Notes under the pieces: generated by a model
Told to the model about the DNA's origin: nothing
What the model saw: the letters and a program-made list of their open reading frames with translations, nothing else
Database searches by the model: none
Program-made: the position numbers and the translations under genes
Shown here: piece by piece, positions 26,083-39,039 of the stretch
Layout: every line of letters starts with the position of its first letter
How positions within the stretch are numbered: the first letter of the stretch is position 1
Source of the DNA: Octopus bimaculoides
Taxonomy: Eukaryota
Direction of reading: 5' to 3'
Assembly: GCF_001194135.2 (NCBI RefSeq)
Contig: NC_068988.1
Span: 26,158,045-26,222,044, forward strand
DNA: 64,000 nucleotides

Positions 26083-26584
26083 TTAGCTCATTTTACCTAT
26101 TCCTTAGTAAGATATGGAATATCATTTTTATAGATTTTGAAAGAATTGTTTGTCTACAACGTCGTAAAAGTAGTTTAGCTTCGCTAATATTCTATTGTGC
26201 CTAAACCCTGTGAAGAATTTCAAATGCCTAAAAGGATTTTCAGGAAAACAATTTACGCAGAAGACATAATACGTTATCTTACAAATATATTATAACGGAA
26301 AATGTAATATATTTATCAATATAGGTCACTGATGGGTATATAAAAAGCGAAAATAATCCCAACTATCCTGAGATTGGCTATGCGTATATCTTGACATTGA
26401 CTCTATGTATGTAGAAGATCAATTTATTGGTCACTATATACATAACAGAGAAGAAAAACTAATTAAAATAACAGAATATATATATATATATATATATGTC
26501 CATCTGTGGACGTATATCCATATGTATGCAAAATGAATAAGTCTTGCAAACATCTTGAAAAATATTATTTTTATGTCTACAAGA

Positions 26585-27460
26585 GAATCATCTGATCTAT
26601 CTGAACCCAACCTCTATAGAAGACTGGCAAATAAATTAATACAAATTCTGTGACACCTGAAAGAAATCTAGCCTTACTTGTCTAATAGGCTTTGAACGTC
26701 TCCTTGTATGACCTTGTGTTTCTGGGTTATGATCTCTCCAAATATCTACAAAGACGTTTGGAGAGACCATAACCAGTTTCCAAAGGTCTTGATTTATCCA
26801 TCACCACAGCATAAAACTGCACTTCATCCGCATTTGAACCATATAAGTTAACTAAAGTTATTCTTCTCTCACAAATAGTAAGACTTAACATCAGGAGATT
26901 GCCTTTGCCATCCCTGAAACTCTCAATATTACCTGAAAACAAGAAGGCAACTCTCATTGACTGTCTATTATAACTATTAAATATTGCTTCAGCACCTCAT
27001 TCACTTCAAATAAGAGGTTCTTTTTCTTTCAAAAATGGGTATCTTGCAAGAAATAGATTTTATATTTATTGGCTCTCAAAAAATTCCAAACATCCTTTCT
27101 TTTGGTATGATCATTAAGGTCCCTACAGTGTACTGTACATATATGTATATTTAGGTAATCCAGTTAGTATATATGTAACAAATGATGAAAAAAGCAGTGG
27201 CATGAACCCTCAAGTCTTCAATACACTGCTATATTCTTTAAACACAACTTTCTCCCACTCTTTCTTCCTGTTTCTACTGTACCTGGATTTCAAAGGGCCA
27301 GCCTTGTCACACTCTGTCACACGCAGAACCACGCCGAGAACTACGTTACGTGTACACGTGTCTGTGGAGTACTCAGCCACTTGCACGTTAATTTCACTTG
27401 TAGGCTGTTCCTTTGAACGGATCAACTGGAACTCTCGTTGTCGCAACCGATGCAGTGCCA
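26585..27460 (-). mobile_element. Decayed L1-clade LINE fragment: APE endonuclease, with a possible ORF1 end upstream
   Basis: KRKDVWNFLRANKYKIYFLQDTHF; RVAFLF...DGKGNLLMLSLTICERRITLVNLYGSN; DIWRDHNPE...RQVRLDFF. Many stops and frameshifts. Confidence 0.85.
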
Positions 27461-28059
27461 CGATGTTTGTAGGTATGTATGGATCCATCTATACACACAT
27501 ATATGTATATGTGTTGTCCCACCATTTACGTTATTATGTGTGCGCAGATTCACTTTAGAATGTCTATTTTTCTTTTGGTTGAATTGCTATTATGTGATTT
27601 TATTAATTTTTATATTAAATATGAATATAGAGAATATGCTATCAACATTTGCTTCACAGTTTTCTTTTCGTTTTACATACATTTCGTTTTACATACATTT
27701 TGTTTTACATACGTTTCACTATACCGATAATGAGTTATACGACACGAAATTTACGTATGTTTTAGATTTATTTGAAAAGTTATAAAAGAAAATACAAGCA
27801 CGGTTAATCAACTTTTAAATGTCAACAAAGTCAACTTCCCAGGAAATGAAAATTAATATATTACATAAACTGAAATTTCAAATTGTTCGACAAAATGAAC
27901 GCACGATTTTAATATGAGTATAATAAAAAAAATCACTTTAAGAACAATTAATAGAAACAGACCAGATTATCAGAGCCACTGTAATGACTAGATTTTCATT
28001 AATCTTAAAAACGTATCGACATATGTAGTAATATTATTGAAGGAATAGAAACGCTACGT

Positions 28060-28460
28060 TTGGCTATGTGGTTAAGAAGTTTGCTTTCAATCACACGGTC
28101 TCGTGTTCAAACCCATTGCGTTGAATCACATATGGGTGGGTATTTGCTGTTTTAGCTCCGCGTCGACCAAAAGCTTCCTGGTGAATTTGGCACACGGAAA
28201 CTTAATGAAGCACGACACGAATGTAAATATATCAATGTGTGTGTGTGTGTGTTTATGTGGGTGTCATTGTGTCAGTGGTTCCCTTTCCACCGCCTCACAG
28301 ATTGTGCTGTTGCATTTGTGTCCCCGACGTAGGGGATTGGCTACAGGGATGCATGAAATAAACACTAGGTTTAACAAATAAATATAGGACTCCGAATGCA
28401 TGATCAAAATTTCTACAAGGTAGTGCCCTTCAATGGGCGTAGTCAGATGTGTGAAGCAGG
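28060..28460 (+). mobile_element. Old family B SINE copy
   Basis: tggctatgtggttaagaagtttgc...gttcaaaccc...cgaccaaaagcttcctggtgaatttggcacacggaaac. Confidence 0.7.
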
Positions 28461-28474
28461 TAATATATATATAT

Positions 28475-28505
<31 letters not shown>

Positions 28506-28757
28506 ATTATAATAATAACTGGGTGTAAAGGTATTATATGAGCGTTGTTGAGATTAAATTTGTCTCCAGAACCGCTTAAGACAGGCTTCTATTTGTTTAC
28601 TTCCCCATAATGTTTCGGTAAATGTGCCTGATGAAATGAGTATGAAAATTGAAACGAATTTGTTCGACTATGCATTGAATACCAGTGTCTCAGCTTGACA
28701 GCAATCGACTATCGAGATAAATAAAGATTATATATATATNNNNNNNNNNNNNNNNNN

Positions 28758-28796
<39 letters not shown>

Positions 28797-29717
28797 TGCG
28801 TGTGTGTGTGTGCGTGTGTGTATACCTACACATTCTGATCGAGTCTTACGTGTGTTAACATGTACCTCCTTGCGACTATTTAAACTTTCATTCACTCAAG
28901 ATACCCTTGGCCTCACGAGTAGCCTGCGGTATACACCTCATTGGTATACTTATCACTTCTGATGTTCAACTCACTATGTAACATATGTAGCTCAGACTTG
29001 ATCTAATCCATTCCTTAACTCTTTTCTTCGCATACGTGGCAACCCTGGCTACCGTGAAATATAAAATCTGTTTTTTTTTTCCATCTTATTGTAATTCGAT
29101 AATGAAATAATCCAAAACCTTTCGCTCCAATAAGACACTATTTTTCCTGATTTCTTCAGGCTTACCTTTTTCCTACACCTCGACCCTTGCATTTTGCCGA
29201 TCCTATTTTCAAACGATATTTAGACTCATATCTATATATTCTTCAGAACTCCGTGCATGCTCCAATTATATTTTATAAAGTTTTAAATATGTATTTATAT
29301 TCACATATTTGTATTTCTTATACAATATATTTTATATGCATCTTATCCTATTGGTATTAGCATACTTAATTTTAATAATGCTGCCACAGTTTCCATAAAA
29401 CTCGAATATGTTTTTTTGTATTTTAACCTGATCTGTAACACACTTCTGTTTCAATTTCTTTATGTTCTCATTTCAAAGCATCGCAACATCAAAGTGTAAT
29501 ATTCATACGAAATTTTTACGGTAGAATTCTTGAAATTATTATTCTAGTTTACTACGACATATAATTTTTGTCTCATTTTCTATTACCCAACTTACATTCT
29601 TTCATGTCTTCTTTTTAAATATTCATTTTATATTTTGTCACAAGGCCGGCAATTATATCTGCTTACGTTCTTGAAACAAGGCCTGTTAATGAAGGATAGC
29701 TTAAGAGACAGACAGGC

Positions 29718-29787
<70 letters not shown>

Positions 29788-29789
29788 GG

Positions 29790-29960
29790 AGGGGTTAATT
29801 CGATCACATCGATCTATATACACAAATGTTGTTTACTATATCTATCACAAAAGAATGATAGACAAAGTCGACCCCGGCGGCATTTGAATTCAGAATGTAA
29901 AGGTGGGCGAAATGCTACTAGACACTTTGCCTGGCGCGGTAACGATTCGTCCAGCTCACT
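29790..29960 (-). mobile_element. Family A SINE
   Basis: gacaaagtcgaccccggcggcatttgaattcagaatgtaaag. Confidence 0.75.
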
Positions 29961-30534
29961 GTCTTGCAACTGGTACGAGATTTTGAGATTTCAAAGAAAG
30001 TTACTTATACATGAATTTCAAAAACTATGGAAAGACAGATAAACGTTACGAATTGGTTTGTTGTATCACAATCGAACCTTGTTCAGAAAGAAACCACTGT
30101 TCTTTTTTTTTTAACAACTATAGGCCTAAATTATCTACAAGCTGTACACAAGCTTGTAGATAATTTTCATGGCCACTTTTGAGTCTAAGGACGTAGTCGT
30201 TCGTGAGAAGGAGAACGGAAAAGAGGAAGCTGCGGAAAACGTGCGAAAGAATGAATTTATTGCACAGTAAATCTATGCACGAATTTTCTCAGGTTCAAAA
30301 TGTGAATTTGTTTTTGTCATCTGTGTAGCAACGATTCAGCTTTGTACCTTTGTTAGAAACTAGCTCCGTTCTAACTGGGAAACTTCAAATAACGAAAAAT
30401 AGAAGATAAAATGCACAAACACAAACACACACACATAATATGTACATTTGTACATATATACAAGTATACATACACACATGTATACATATATATGTACAAG
30501 CATTTATACGTACGTACGTACGTACATACATACA

Positions 30535-30565
<31 letters not shown>

Positions 30566-31172
30566 GATATGGCGTCCCTTTATCAGAGAGCTATGTTTAA
30601 AAGCAATTTGTGAAATTCAATTGGTCAAATGGAATCATTTGATTTTCTGCAAGATTCCCATTCCTTATGGAGGCAATCTTTCAAATTTTACTGGAAGGTA
30701 AGCAGATTATAGTTTAGCAATTTGCATAACATGACTTCACCTTTTCGTAACATAAAATGTTAAAAATAGCGGTTCAATTTACAATTTTTACCGGTTATGT
30801 TTCTAAATATTATATTAATTCGGAAAACTAGGAAAACATACCGTGTTGGAATGGGATTACAGGCATGTGTGTGTGTGTTTGTGTGTGTGTTTGCGTGTGC
30901 TCTTTTCTCTCTAGATGTATGTATATNNNNNNNNNNNNNNNNNNNNNNNNNNNNNNNNNNNNNNNNNNNNNNNNNNNNNNNNNNNNNNNNNNNNNNNNNN
31001 NNNNNNNNNNNNNNNNNNNNNNNNNNNNNNNNNNNNNNNNNNNNNNNNNNNNNNNNNNNNNNNNNNNNNNNNNNNNNNNNNNNNNNNNNNNNNNNNNNNN
31101 NNNNNNNNNNNNNNNNNNNNNNNNNNNNNNNNNNNNNNNNNNNNNNNNNNNNNNNNNNNNNNNNNNNNTATA

Positions 31173-31205
<33 letters not shown>

Positions 31206-33810
31206 ATTTATATATATATATTTATATATATATATACATTCACATGTATATGCGTGAATATGTATCTCCATATATATAAGCACATATATGCGTGTGTGAG
31301 TATGTGTGTGCTTGTGTGTATGATAATGTCTTGGGTTTCCAACTTAACAACTTAATACAACATATACAAACATATTTTAGAGCATATACCTGACCCCTAT
31401 TTTCAGTCGTTTAACTTATGTAAGCGCAAAATCATATTATCGAAATATAATTTGCTAAAATATAATTTGCTTTTCTCTAAGTAAAATTTTTAAAATTGTC
31501 TCTGAATGGATTACGTTTGTTATAGAAAATTGAGAAATTCTACGTAACTAATTGAATTGCATGACTTTCTTTTAAACATAGATATCTAAAGAAAGGAAAC
31601 TGTTTCCTTTTAAAATCTTACATACTGGAAAAAATATATCTAGAGCCTTCGTCGATTTTTCGTAGCTCCACTTATTAGTCAAACATTTCACTTGAGATTA
31701 TTTCATATGTATTCAGTTTGCTTCTGTTTATCTAATTTATGGTGAAACGAAATATTACTTATAACATAGTGAATTTATTAAACAGATTATGATCCATTTC
31801 TACGTAACAATATAATACGATATTCGCCTGTAAAATAACGATATTCAGCTTTAAAATTTCCATGCAGCATTTAACAATTACTTCTTACATTAGCTTTGGC
31901 AAAACGTGCCCTAAAGAATGCCAACAGGTAACAGAGGTTTTTGCTTGTAACGAAATGTTGATTTCAGGGTTGAGCCATTTCACTTATGTCACGCCGCTTA
32001 TACAGGCTTTCTGTTGAATTATTTTAGCTTTTAGAGATTAGATAGTGTGGGAAGTTAGATAAAAGATATTCCTCTTTCACCTCTTTTCAGAGACGCTGAC
32101 TTTGGATTTGCTTACATTTATTACAAGTTAATAGACACTATTTATCATTGTGTTTGACTATTACACTCGTCCAAGTTACATGAATTCAGGCTAACGCTAT
32201 CCATCGATATTAAACATTTAAACATGACGTAATCGATAAATCGTCGGAAACATGGCTTGCATTATTTGATCTGTCGTTTCCGACTTTAGATTCAACAGAG
32301 ATCAACTTCGGAGTACATTCTCCTCGGGTCGATGCAATAAAGTACTAGTCAAGTACTGTGAGGTGGCAACTAGTTCACTCATATCGAATTAACTGGCCTC
32401 TCTTTCGGACGTTGATCATAAATCTATTGCCCTACGTACTTTGGGGAAGCAGCTTGGCTTCTGAAAGGACCCAATTTAAGTCTTATTTTAAATCATGTTA
32501 GTCGCAGAAAATGTATTGTGGTTTTTGTCCGCCCACTTATGTCCCTTTGTTTAGAACCTGCTTAGGGTAGACTTGCCTTTTAATCCTTCCTAGTACTGGA
32601 GACAGCAGTATCAACTATACCCTATCCTATCCAAATTGCTATCAGTACGTACTACAAGTATATATCTTTAAGTCCATCTGAGTTGCATTTCATTATATTC
32701 TGGTATGTTCAAGTATAATACCAGTCAAGTATTGAGATCGTTGGACCTAACTAAGAAACGACCATCACCCTCCTCCTCCTCCTCCTCCTCTTCATCATCA
32801 TCGTCATCATCATCATGATTATTATTTCTGTAGTGTTATTGACTATGACTAATTTTCGTTACAAAACCGAACGCCACTGTATGCTCATGAGACTATTGCA
32901 ATGCGTCGTTTTTGTTTGTATGTATTTAGGTTTCCGTTCCGTTGTTTTAAAAGTAGTCGACATATATGAACATAGTATTTAGCTGTGATAGATTTCTCTC
33001 TGTTTTTCTATAAAGAGAAATAAATAGTCGAAATCCTATGTGCTGGAGTTTTTGTCTGAATCGTTTTTAATCGTTCCCAATGCAGCTATTATAATTCTGT
33101 GATTGATTTTTACCAGTCCTCATGATCCTTTTGTGGTTTGAATTTGTATCAACTGCTGATACTCTATAAACCTGGCATTCTTTTCTGTGCACGAAATATT
33201 CAATTTATATATATCCTGTATTGAAAAACAGAAAATTCATTTGTTTTAAAACGAATATCTAGAAACAAATTGATTGATTGTTTCTTTGGAATTATCACGC
33301 GCAGGTATAGCCGCATTGTCAAAAAAGCTTATTTCGTAAACATGAGTTTCCCTCTCACTGCAGAATATCATGAACTGGTAATTTTTTTCCTTCGCCTTGG
33401 CTCAACAAAATATCTCTGATTGAATTTTTTTACGTGGAAACTGCGCTGAGACCCTTTGCATTAATTGACGAAAGAGTATAAAAGAAGCACCAGGAGCCTA
33501 GGTGACCCTTGCAGATCTACTCTTCGGCAAGTATTTTCACTATGTGTAAGGTCTAAAAATAGCCTCACCACGTCCTCCATACTCATTCAGTGTCAATGTA
33601 GAAAGACCCTGTGCGCTGTTTTTCCCGTTTTACTAATGCATAAAATGATATTTTGTATTTTACAGTTTGTTTTAATTTACTTTATTAGTTTCCTGGGTTT
33701 TTTAATAGTTATTACTTGTAGATTATTATTGTGATTAATTATTAGTCAGCTACTGGTTTTGTGAACAAAAAGAAAGTTCCTTTAAATGTATCACGTTTCT
33801 CAAGGCTTTA

Positions 33811-34034
33811 TACTCTTTTACTCGTTTACTCTTATACTTGTTTCAGTCATTCGACTGTCACCAAGCTGGAGCACCGCCTTTAGTCGAGCAAATCGACCCC
33901 ATGTCTTATTCGTTGTAAGCCTAGTACTTGCTTATTATATCGGTCTCTTTTGCCGAACCGCTAAGTTACGGGAACGTAAACACAACAGCATCGGTTGTCA
34001 AGCGATGCTGGGGTGGACAAACACAGTCACACAA

Positions 34035-34095
<61 letters not shown>

Positions 34096-34240
34096 CATAC
34101 GACGGGCTACTTTCAGTTTCCGTCTACCAAATCCACTCACAAGTCATTGGTCGGCCCGATTCTATAGTACAAGACACTTTCCCAATGTCTCACGCAGTGG
34201 GACTGAACCCAGAACCATGTAGTTCGTATACAAGCTACTT
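33811..34240 (-). mobile_element. Family B SINE, body and 3' part; its 5' head is displaced to 36345-36376
   Basis: Collinear with 18779-19145 up to ...caagctactt, where the sequence switches to the inserted element. Confidence 0.9.
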
Positions 34241-34466
34241 TATTTCATTAGATTCGCCATTAAGGCCTTACAAAGAGGGGACAAACAAGGACAGGCAAAC
34301 GTAAAGTAGCTGCGGGCTGGACACGGACATTAATGAGATGAGGATGATAACAAAAGGTGAATAAAAATGAGAGAGGCACCGACGCCCGCCGATCGATAAC
34401 CCCTCGAAAACATTGCTCAATACAAATCCAATAAAAGTCAAAAATTCAATGGCAGTTCAATAAAGT

Positions 34467-35552
34467 TCAATAAAAGTTCCTTTTAAAGATCGAATCTTCC
34501 TCATCCGGGCCTCCAAGCAATCGTCCCGTCGCCATCAGGAGAACTCGCAGTGGCACGCCCGAAAGAAAGTAAATAAAATCCCCTTTTTGACAGGTCTTTT
34601 CGACCTCCATGACTTCACTATTATTTAAGACCGCCGCAGCCACCTGCGGAGGCCAACGTGGATGGTCTATACATTCCCAGTCGTAAAGTTCACGTTCGAA
34701 TAGATCATCCAGACTCTTTTCAACGGGCCCTCCCTTGAGGTAACAGAAGATATACTCCGTTTCCTCATCATCGGAAGGGGCCGCAACCTGCTCTGTCGGT
34801 GACACAAATCCCACTGACAGAGCCTCCCGATCCGGTGGCACACTNNNNNNNNNNNNNNNNNNNNNNNNNNNNNNNNNNNNNNNNNNNNNNNNNNNNNNNN
34901 NNNNNNNNNNNNNNNNNNNNNNNNNNNNNNNNNNNNNNNNNNNNNNNNNNNNNNNNNNNNNNNNNNNNNNNNNNNNNNNNNNNNNNNNNNNNNNNNNNNN
35001 NNNNNNNNNNNNNNNNNNNNNNNNNNNNNNNNNNNNNNNNNNNNNNNNNNNNNNNNNNNNNNNNNNNNNNNNNNNNNNNNNNNNNNNNNNNNNNNNNNNN
35101 NNNNNNNNNNNNNNNNNNNNNNNNNNNNNNNNNNNNNNNNNNNNNNNNNNNNNNNNNNNNNNNNNNNNNNNNNNNNNNNNNNNNNNNNNNNNNNNNNNNN
35201 NNNNNNNNNNNNNNNNNNNNNNNNNNNNNNNNNNNNNNNNNNNNNNNNNNNNNNNNNNNNNNNNNNNNNNNNNNNNNNNNNNNNNNNNNNNNNNNNNNNN
35301 NNNNNNNNNNNNNNNNNNNNNNNNNNNNNNNNNNNNNNNNNNNNNNNNNNNNNNNNCTCCCCTTGAAATATATTTAAAGCTGGCATTAACATTCGTAAGT
35401 TCCTTTCCAATAATAGTTTGAGGAAAGACAGTGACGCTATCCAACACCTTTGAGTAGGTCCGGAGCGTCACTGTTCTTTCCTCCATTTCTTTCAACCACT
35501 GCTTGGGTGAGCACAGTTCCCACTCCAAGACAGTGTTGCCCTTTTTTGCCAT
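34467..35552 (-). CDS. ORF1-like protein of the inserted element (361 codons including a 512-N gap)
   Basis: AGC-ATG-G start, 65 open codons before the gap and about 125 after it, in the same frame. Higher GC than the flanks. ORF1 identity is inferred from position. Confidence 0.65.
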   Translation of the reverse strand: MAKKGNTVLEWELCSPKQWLKEMEERTVTLRTYSKVLDSVTVFPQTIIGKELTNVNASFKYISRGXXXXXXXXXXXXXXXXXXXXXXXXXXXXXXXXXXXXXXXXXXXXXXXXXXXXXXXXXXXXXXXXXXXXXXXXXXXXXXXXXXXXXXXXXXXXXXXXXXXXXXXXXXXXXXXXXXXXXXXXXXXXXXXXXXXXXXXXXXXXXXXXXXXXXXXXXXXXXXXXXXXXXXXXXXXSVPPDREALSVGFVSPTEQVAAPSDDEETEYIFCYLKGGPVEKSLDDLFERELYDWECIDHPRWPPQVAAAVLNNSEVMEVEKTCQKGDFIYFLSGVPLRVLLMATGRLLGGPDEEDSIFKRNFY

Positions 35553-35738
35553 GCTTCCAAAAAAAGGTTCAAATGTTCAACAAAAAAGTTCAGAAAATAG
35601 TTCACAAACAAGTTCAACAAAAAAGTTCACGAAAAATAAACTAAATACAAAAGAACAGAAGACAGAGCAGAGAAAAGGAAAGAAGGAAGACAGTTTAAGT
35701 CAAGAGAACACAATTCCGGCCACCAGCAATGCCTATAA

Positions 35739-35788
35739 GTATTCCAATAAAGGTATTCCAATAAAGGTATTCCAATAAAGGTACTCCA
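35739..35788. repeat. 14-bp tandem repeat (gtattccaataaag), at least 3.5 copies, running into a gap in the element 5' UTR
   Basis: Direct reading. Confidence 0.9.
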
Positions 35789-36317
35789 NNNNNNNNNNNN
35801 NNNNNNNNNNNNNNNNNNNNNNNNNNNNNNNNNNNNNNNNNNNNNNNNNNNNNNNNNNNNNNNNNNNNNNNNNNNNNNNNNNNNNNNNNNNNNNNNNNNN
35901 NNNNNNNNNNNNNNNNNNNNNNNNNNNNNNNNNNNNNNNNNNNNNNNNNNNNNNNNNNNNNNNNNNNNNNNNNNNNNNNNNNNNNNNNNNNNNNNNNNNN
36001 NNNNNNNNNNNNNNNNNNNNNNNNNNNNNNNNNNNNNNNNNNNNNNNNNNNNNNNNNNNNNNNNNNNNNNNNNNNNNNNNNNNNNNNNNNNNNNNNNNNN
36101 NNNNNNNNNNNNNNNNNNNNNNNNNNNNNNNNCGCCAAGGAAATCGAAGATGCCACACCGCTGGACAACAATTTACTAAAAATATTAATAGAAGCAATAA
36201 ATTGCTGCCCAGCTGAACCACAAAAACGACTTACCGCGGCGAATTCTTCAATTTTTCCTTCTTTAGACAGAGCCGAAACCCATGTCTATCTTCGTTTACA
36301 GCAAGTAGCCAGTCTGA

Positions 36318-36346
36318 CGGACATGCGCAGTGAGGAAACCGGAAGT
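36318..36346 (-). promoter_or_regulatory. Putative internal promoter at the element 5' end: ETS-like CCGGAAGT (partly from the target site) next to TGCGCATG (NRF1-like)
   Basis: cggacatgcgcagtgaggaaaccggaagt; motif match only. Confidence 0.3.
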
Positions 36347-36376
36347 AAGCAGGCTACTTACCACACAGCCACTCCT
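36345..36376 (-). mobile_element. Displaced 5' head (A box) of the family B SINE at 33811-34240
   Basis: gtaagcaggctacttaccacacagccactcct matches 19131-19162 at 31/32. Confidence 0.9.
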
Positions 36377-36589
36377 AATTATATATTTATAATTTTTGTT
36401 ATCAGTGTGTAATGGCTTCTTAGGCTTTTGTTTCACAAGTGTTGTCTATCACGTCATTTTATTAAATCCCCATTTCTCTACAGATATTATGCTTATAATA
36501 TTTAAAATGCTTATAATTTTCTTTTCATTTACTCTTTGTTTCTCTAAGAGTCGTAACTTCAACCACACATTTAATGTCCTTCGTCCGGC

Positions 36590-36750
36590 TTTATATTTAG
36601 AGCTCAAATTCCACTGAAGTCGACTTTGCCCATGTTCCTTCCGGACTTGATAGATTCACTACCGGTCAAGGACAGGATCCGTTGTAATCGAATTGCTGCC
36701 TCCCATAAAATGTCAGGCCTTGTGGCTATACTAGAAAGGATTTGCCATTG
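36590..36750 (+). mobile_element. Family A SINE
   Basis: agctcaaattccactgaagtcgactttgccc...aaaatgtcaggccttgtggctatactagaaagg. Confidence 0.7.
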
Positions 36751-37420
36751 TTTCTCCTTCCTCCTTCATGATACGTTAAAGTTAAACTATATGTTAAACC
36801 ATTCTTCCTCTATTATATTTGTTGATTTCCTTCAAGGCAGAAAGTAAGCTTTATAATTTCAAATGTCGTAGCTATTTGTGTGAATTTCCATTTATCATTT
36901 TCTAGTTATTTATTCAGTTGTACGGTAGAGAGTATATAACAGATAATGCGATGCAGAAGACACTAATATCCTGCAATCGCAGCAAAAATAATCTTACTGA
37001 GTTGACGTTTGGTGATATATTCTGTTTGCACTCCATTGTTCATATTTCTCTACTTCATCGTTCTAGATGCTTTAGCTTTCCATTGAGAATATTATAACCT
37101 CTTGCCGAAACAAATATATATTTGGTACCACTCACCCTACCTCAAACAGAATGGACAGAGCGATTAAACGGCTTCAGTTCTCTCGAGACCAAATGTTCAG
37201 CAATATGATTTTCGCGCAGCTGAAGGTTTTCTTTTGTCACCTAATAGTGGATCCTTTACGTTCTTGATAATTTGAGTTAAATACTTCCCTTGCACTTGAC
37301 ATCAGAGTATTTGATTCTTACTAGCAGGTGAATACCTTTACTAATTTACCGACGTTTGTTTATTGTTCTCTTTTAGGGTGGGAGATTGTCCTTCAGATCA
37401 CACCGTTATAAACTCGATGA

Positions 37421-37469
<49 letters not shown>

Positions 37470-38159
37470 NNNNNNNNNNTCTCTCACTCGCTCGCTCGCT
37501 CTCTCTCTCTCTCCCTCTCTCTCTATTCTATCTTTATCTCTCTATCTCTCTATCTATTTATTTATCTATTCTTCTTTCTATCTATTTATCTATCTATCAA
37601 TTTGTCTATCTTCCTCTGAAACCCACTGTATGTAATTGAGTATTCCCATGTTTGCACATAAACATCCATTTTCCTATGAACAAAGTACACATTGTTTCAT
37701 CCAAAATTTTCCAATCGTCAGACTTGCTCTTATTACAGAACACGAAACCTCGAGTGCATTAGAAAATAAGATTATACAATTGTTGTTTCATGTAACAGCA
37801 CAAAACACAATGACTACAAATATTCAGAAAACGCATTCATATACACTCGATATTTAAATTCGAACAACATGTAGATAGACTCCACAAATTTGCTGCAAAT
37901 GCATAATATCAGTGATCATTTTCTACTTGAACTTCATACCTAACAACATTCAAAAATTCACCAGAAACATTTACATTCTCCTTCAAGTATAAAAACATCC
38001 TGGTAATCATAAAACGACATCTTATAGAAAGCTCAAGTAAAACACTCATAGCTAGGAGGCTTCAGATACTATATATACAGATACCCAAAAGTACATCCAT
38101 TAGGGCTAACTCGTGATCTCTAGACGTACAGTCTCACAGCTATGGCTCACGCCCCCTAT

Positions 38160-38600
38160 ATTACGTCTGCTCCACTCTCCTGGCTGATTTTATGATTTCT
38201 CGTGCATGTATTCTCATATCATTCCTTTCTCTTTTTCTTTTCATATATATTTTTTCTCTACCGACGTTAAACATCAACCAAACGCCAGAGTTCTTCCTTC
38301 CAAATACTGTCAGGTATGGTATATTTTGATGTTGATCTTATGCTTTCTCCAGGCTTTCATTCTTATATCACTCATTCCCCTTCTTCTTCTCTCATATATT
38401 TTGTTTATACCAATGTCTAACACTAACCAAATACCATAGATTTTGCCTACCAAATACTGCCAGATACTGCAAATTTCCGGCTGGTTTTATGTTTTCGCCG
38501 CGCTTTAATTCCGATATCACTACATCTTCCTTTTCTTCCTCTCAAATATATTTTTCTATACCAACATCTACCACTAACCACATTCCATAGCTCTTGTAAA
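38160..38600 (-). pseudogene. Three diverged tandem units of about 150 bp encoding a decayed ~50-aa repeat of unknown family
   Basis: Units start at 38586, 38435 and 38286: GMWLVVDVGIEKY / GIWLVLDIGINK / GVWLMFNVGREK, plus YLAVFGRQN / YLTVFGRKN. Synonymous third-position differences; stops and 1-nt shifts. Confidence 0.55.
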
Positions 38601-39039
38601 TTTCTCCTTTTCGTTTACTTTCATTTATTTATTTTGGATAACGATGGTAATAGGTTATTCGTTTGAAGGAGGTACAGATCATTTTATTGTCGTTTCTTAA
38701 TTATTGTGCTGAATTGGAAAGATTCATTTGGAACACAAAGAATACCGAAGGTACATCGTGAGAACTCATACCTTGGTGTAAATATTTTCAAATAACAACG
38801 TTTGAATATTGAAATATGAAAATGTTATCAGTATAGGAACCCGTACAATAACTGGTTAGATCGAAACAAGGAACACTCTACCACGAAAATTAACCTTTCG
38901 AAAAAATATAGAAACTATGCAGCAAAGTTGTGACTCAGAAAGCATTAACTTATAGAACTATGCAAAGTTGTGACTCATTTCCATTATCTAAGAACAACAA
39001 CAACGAAAGAAAAACAACATCGAGAAGAAGAAAAGAGAA

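Larger units (their letters stand above)
34241..36344 (-). mobile_element. Non-LTR retroelement of about 2.1 kb carrying one ORF and no visible RT (HAL1-like, inferred L1/Tx1 derivative)
   Basis: Flanked by gtatacaagctactt (34226-34240) and gtaagcaggctactt (36345-36359), 12/15 identical. Splits a SINE. 5' UTR with tandem repeats, one ORF, 226-bp 3' UTR ending ...ctaatgaaata. Confidence 0.75.

Noticed and set aside
35739-35788. CRISPR-like array
   Set aside because: Head-to-tail 14-mers without spacers, in eukaryotic retroelement context.
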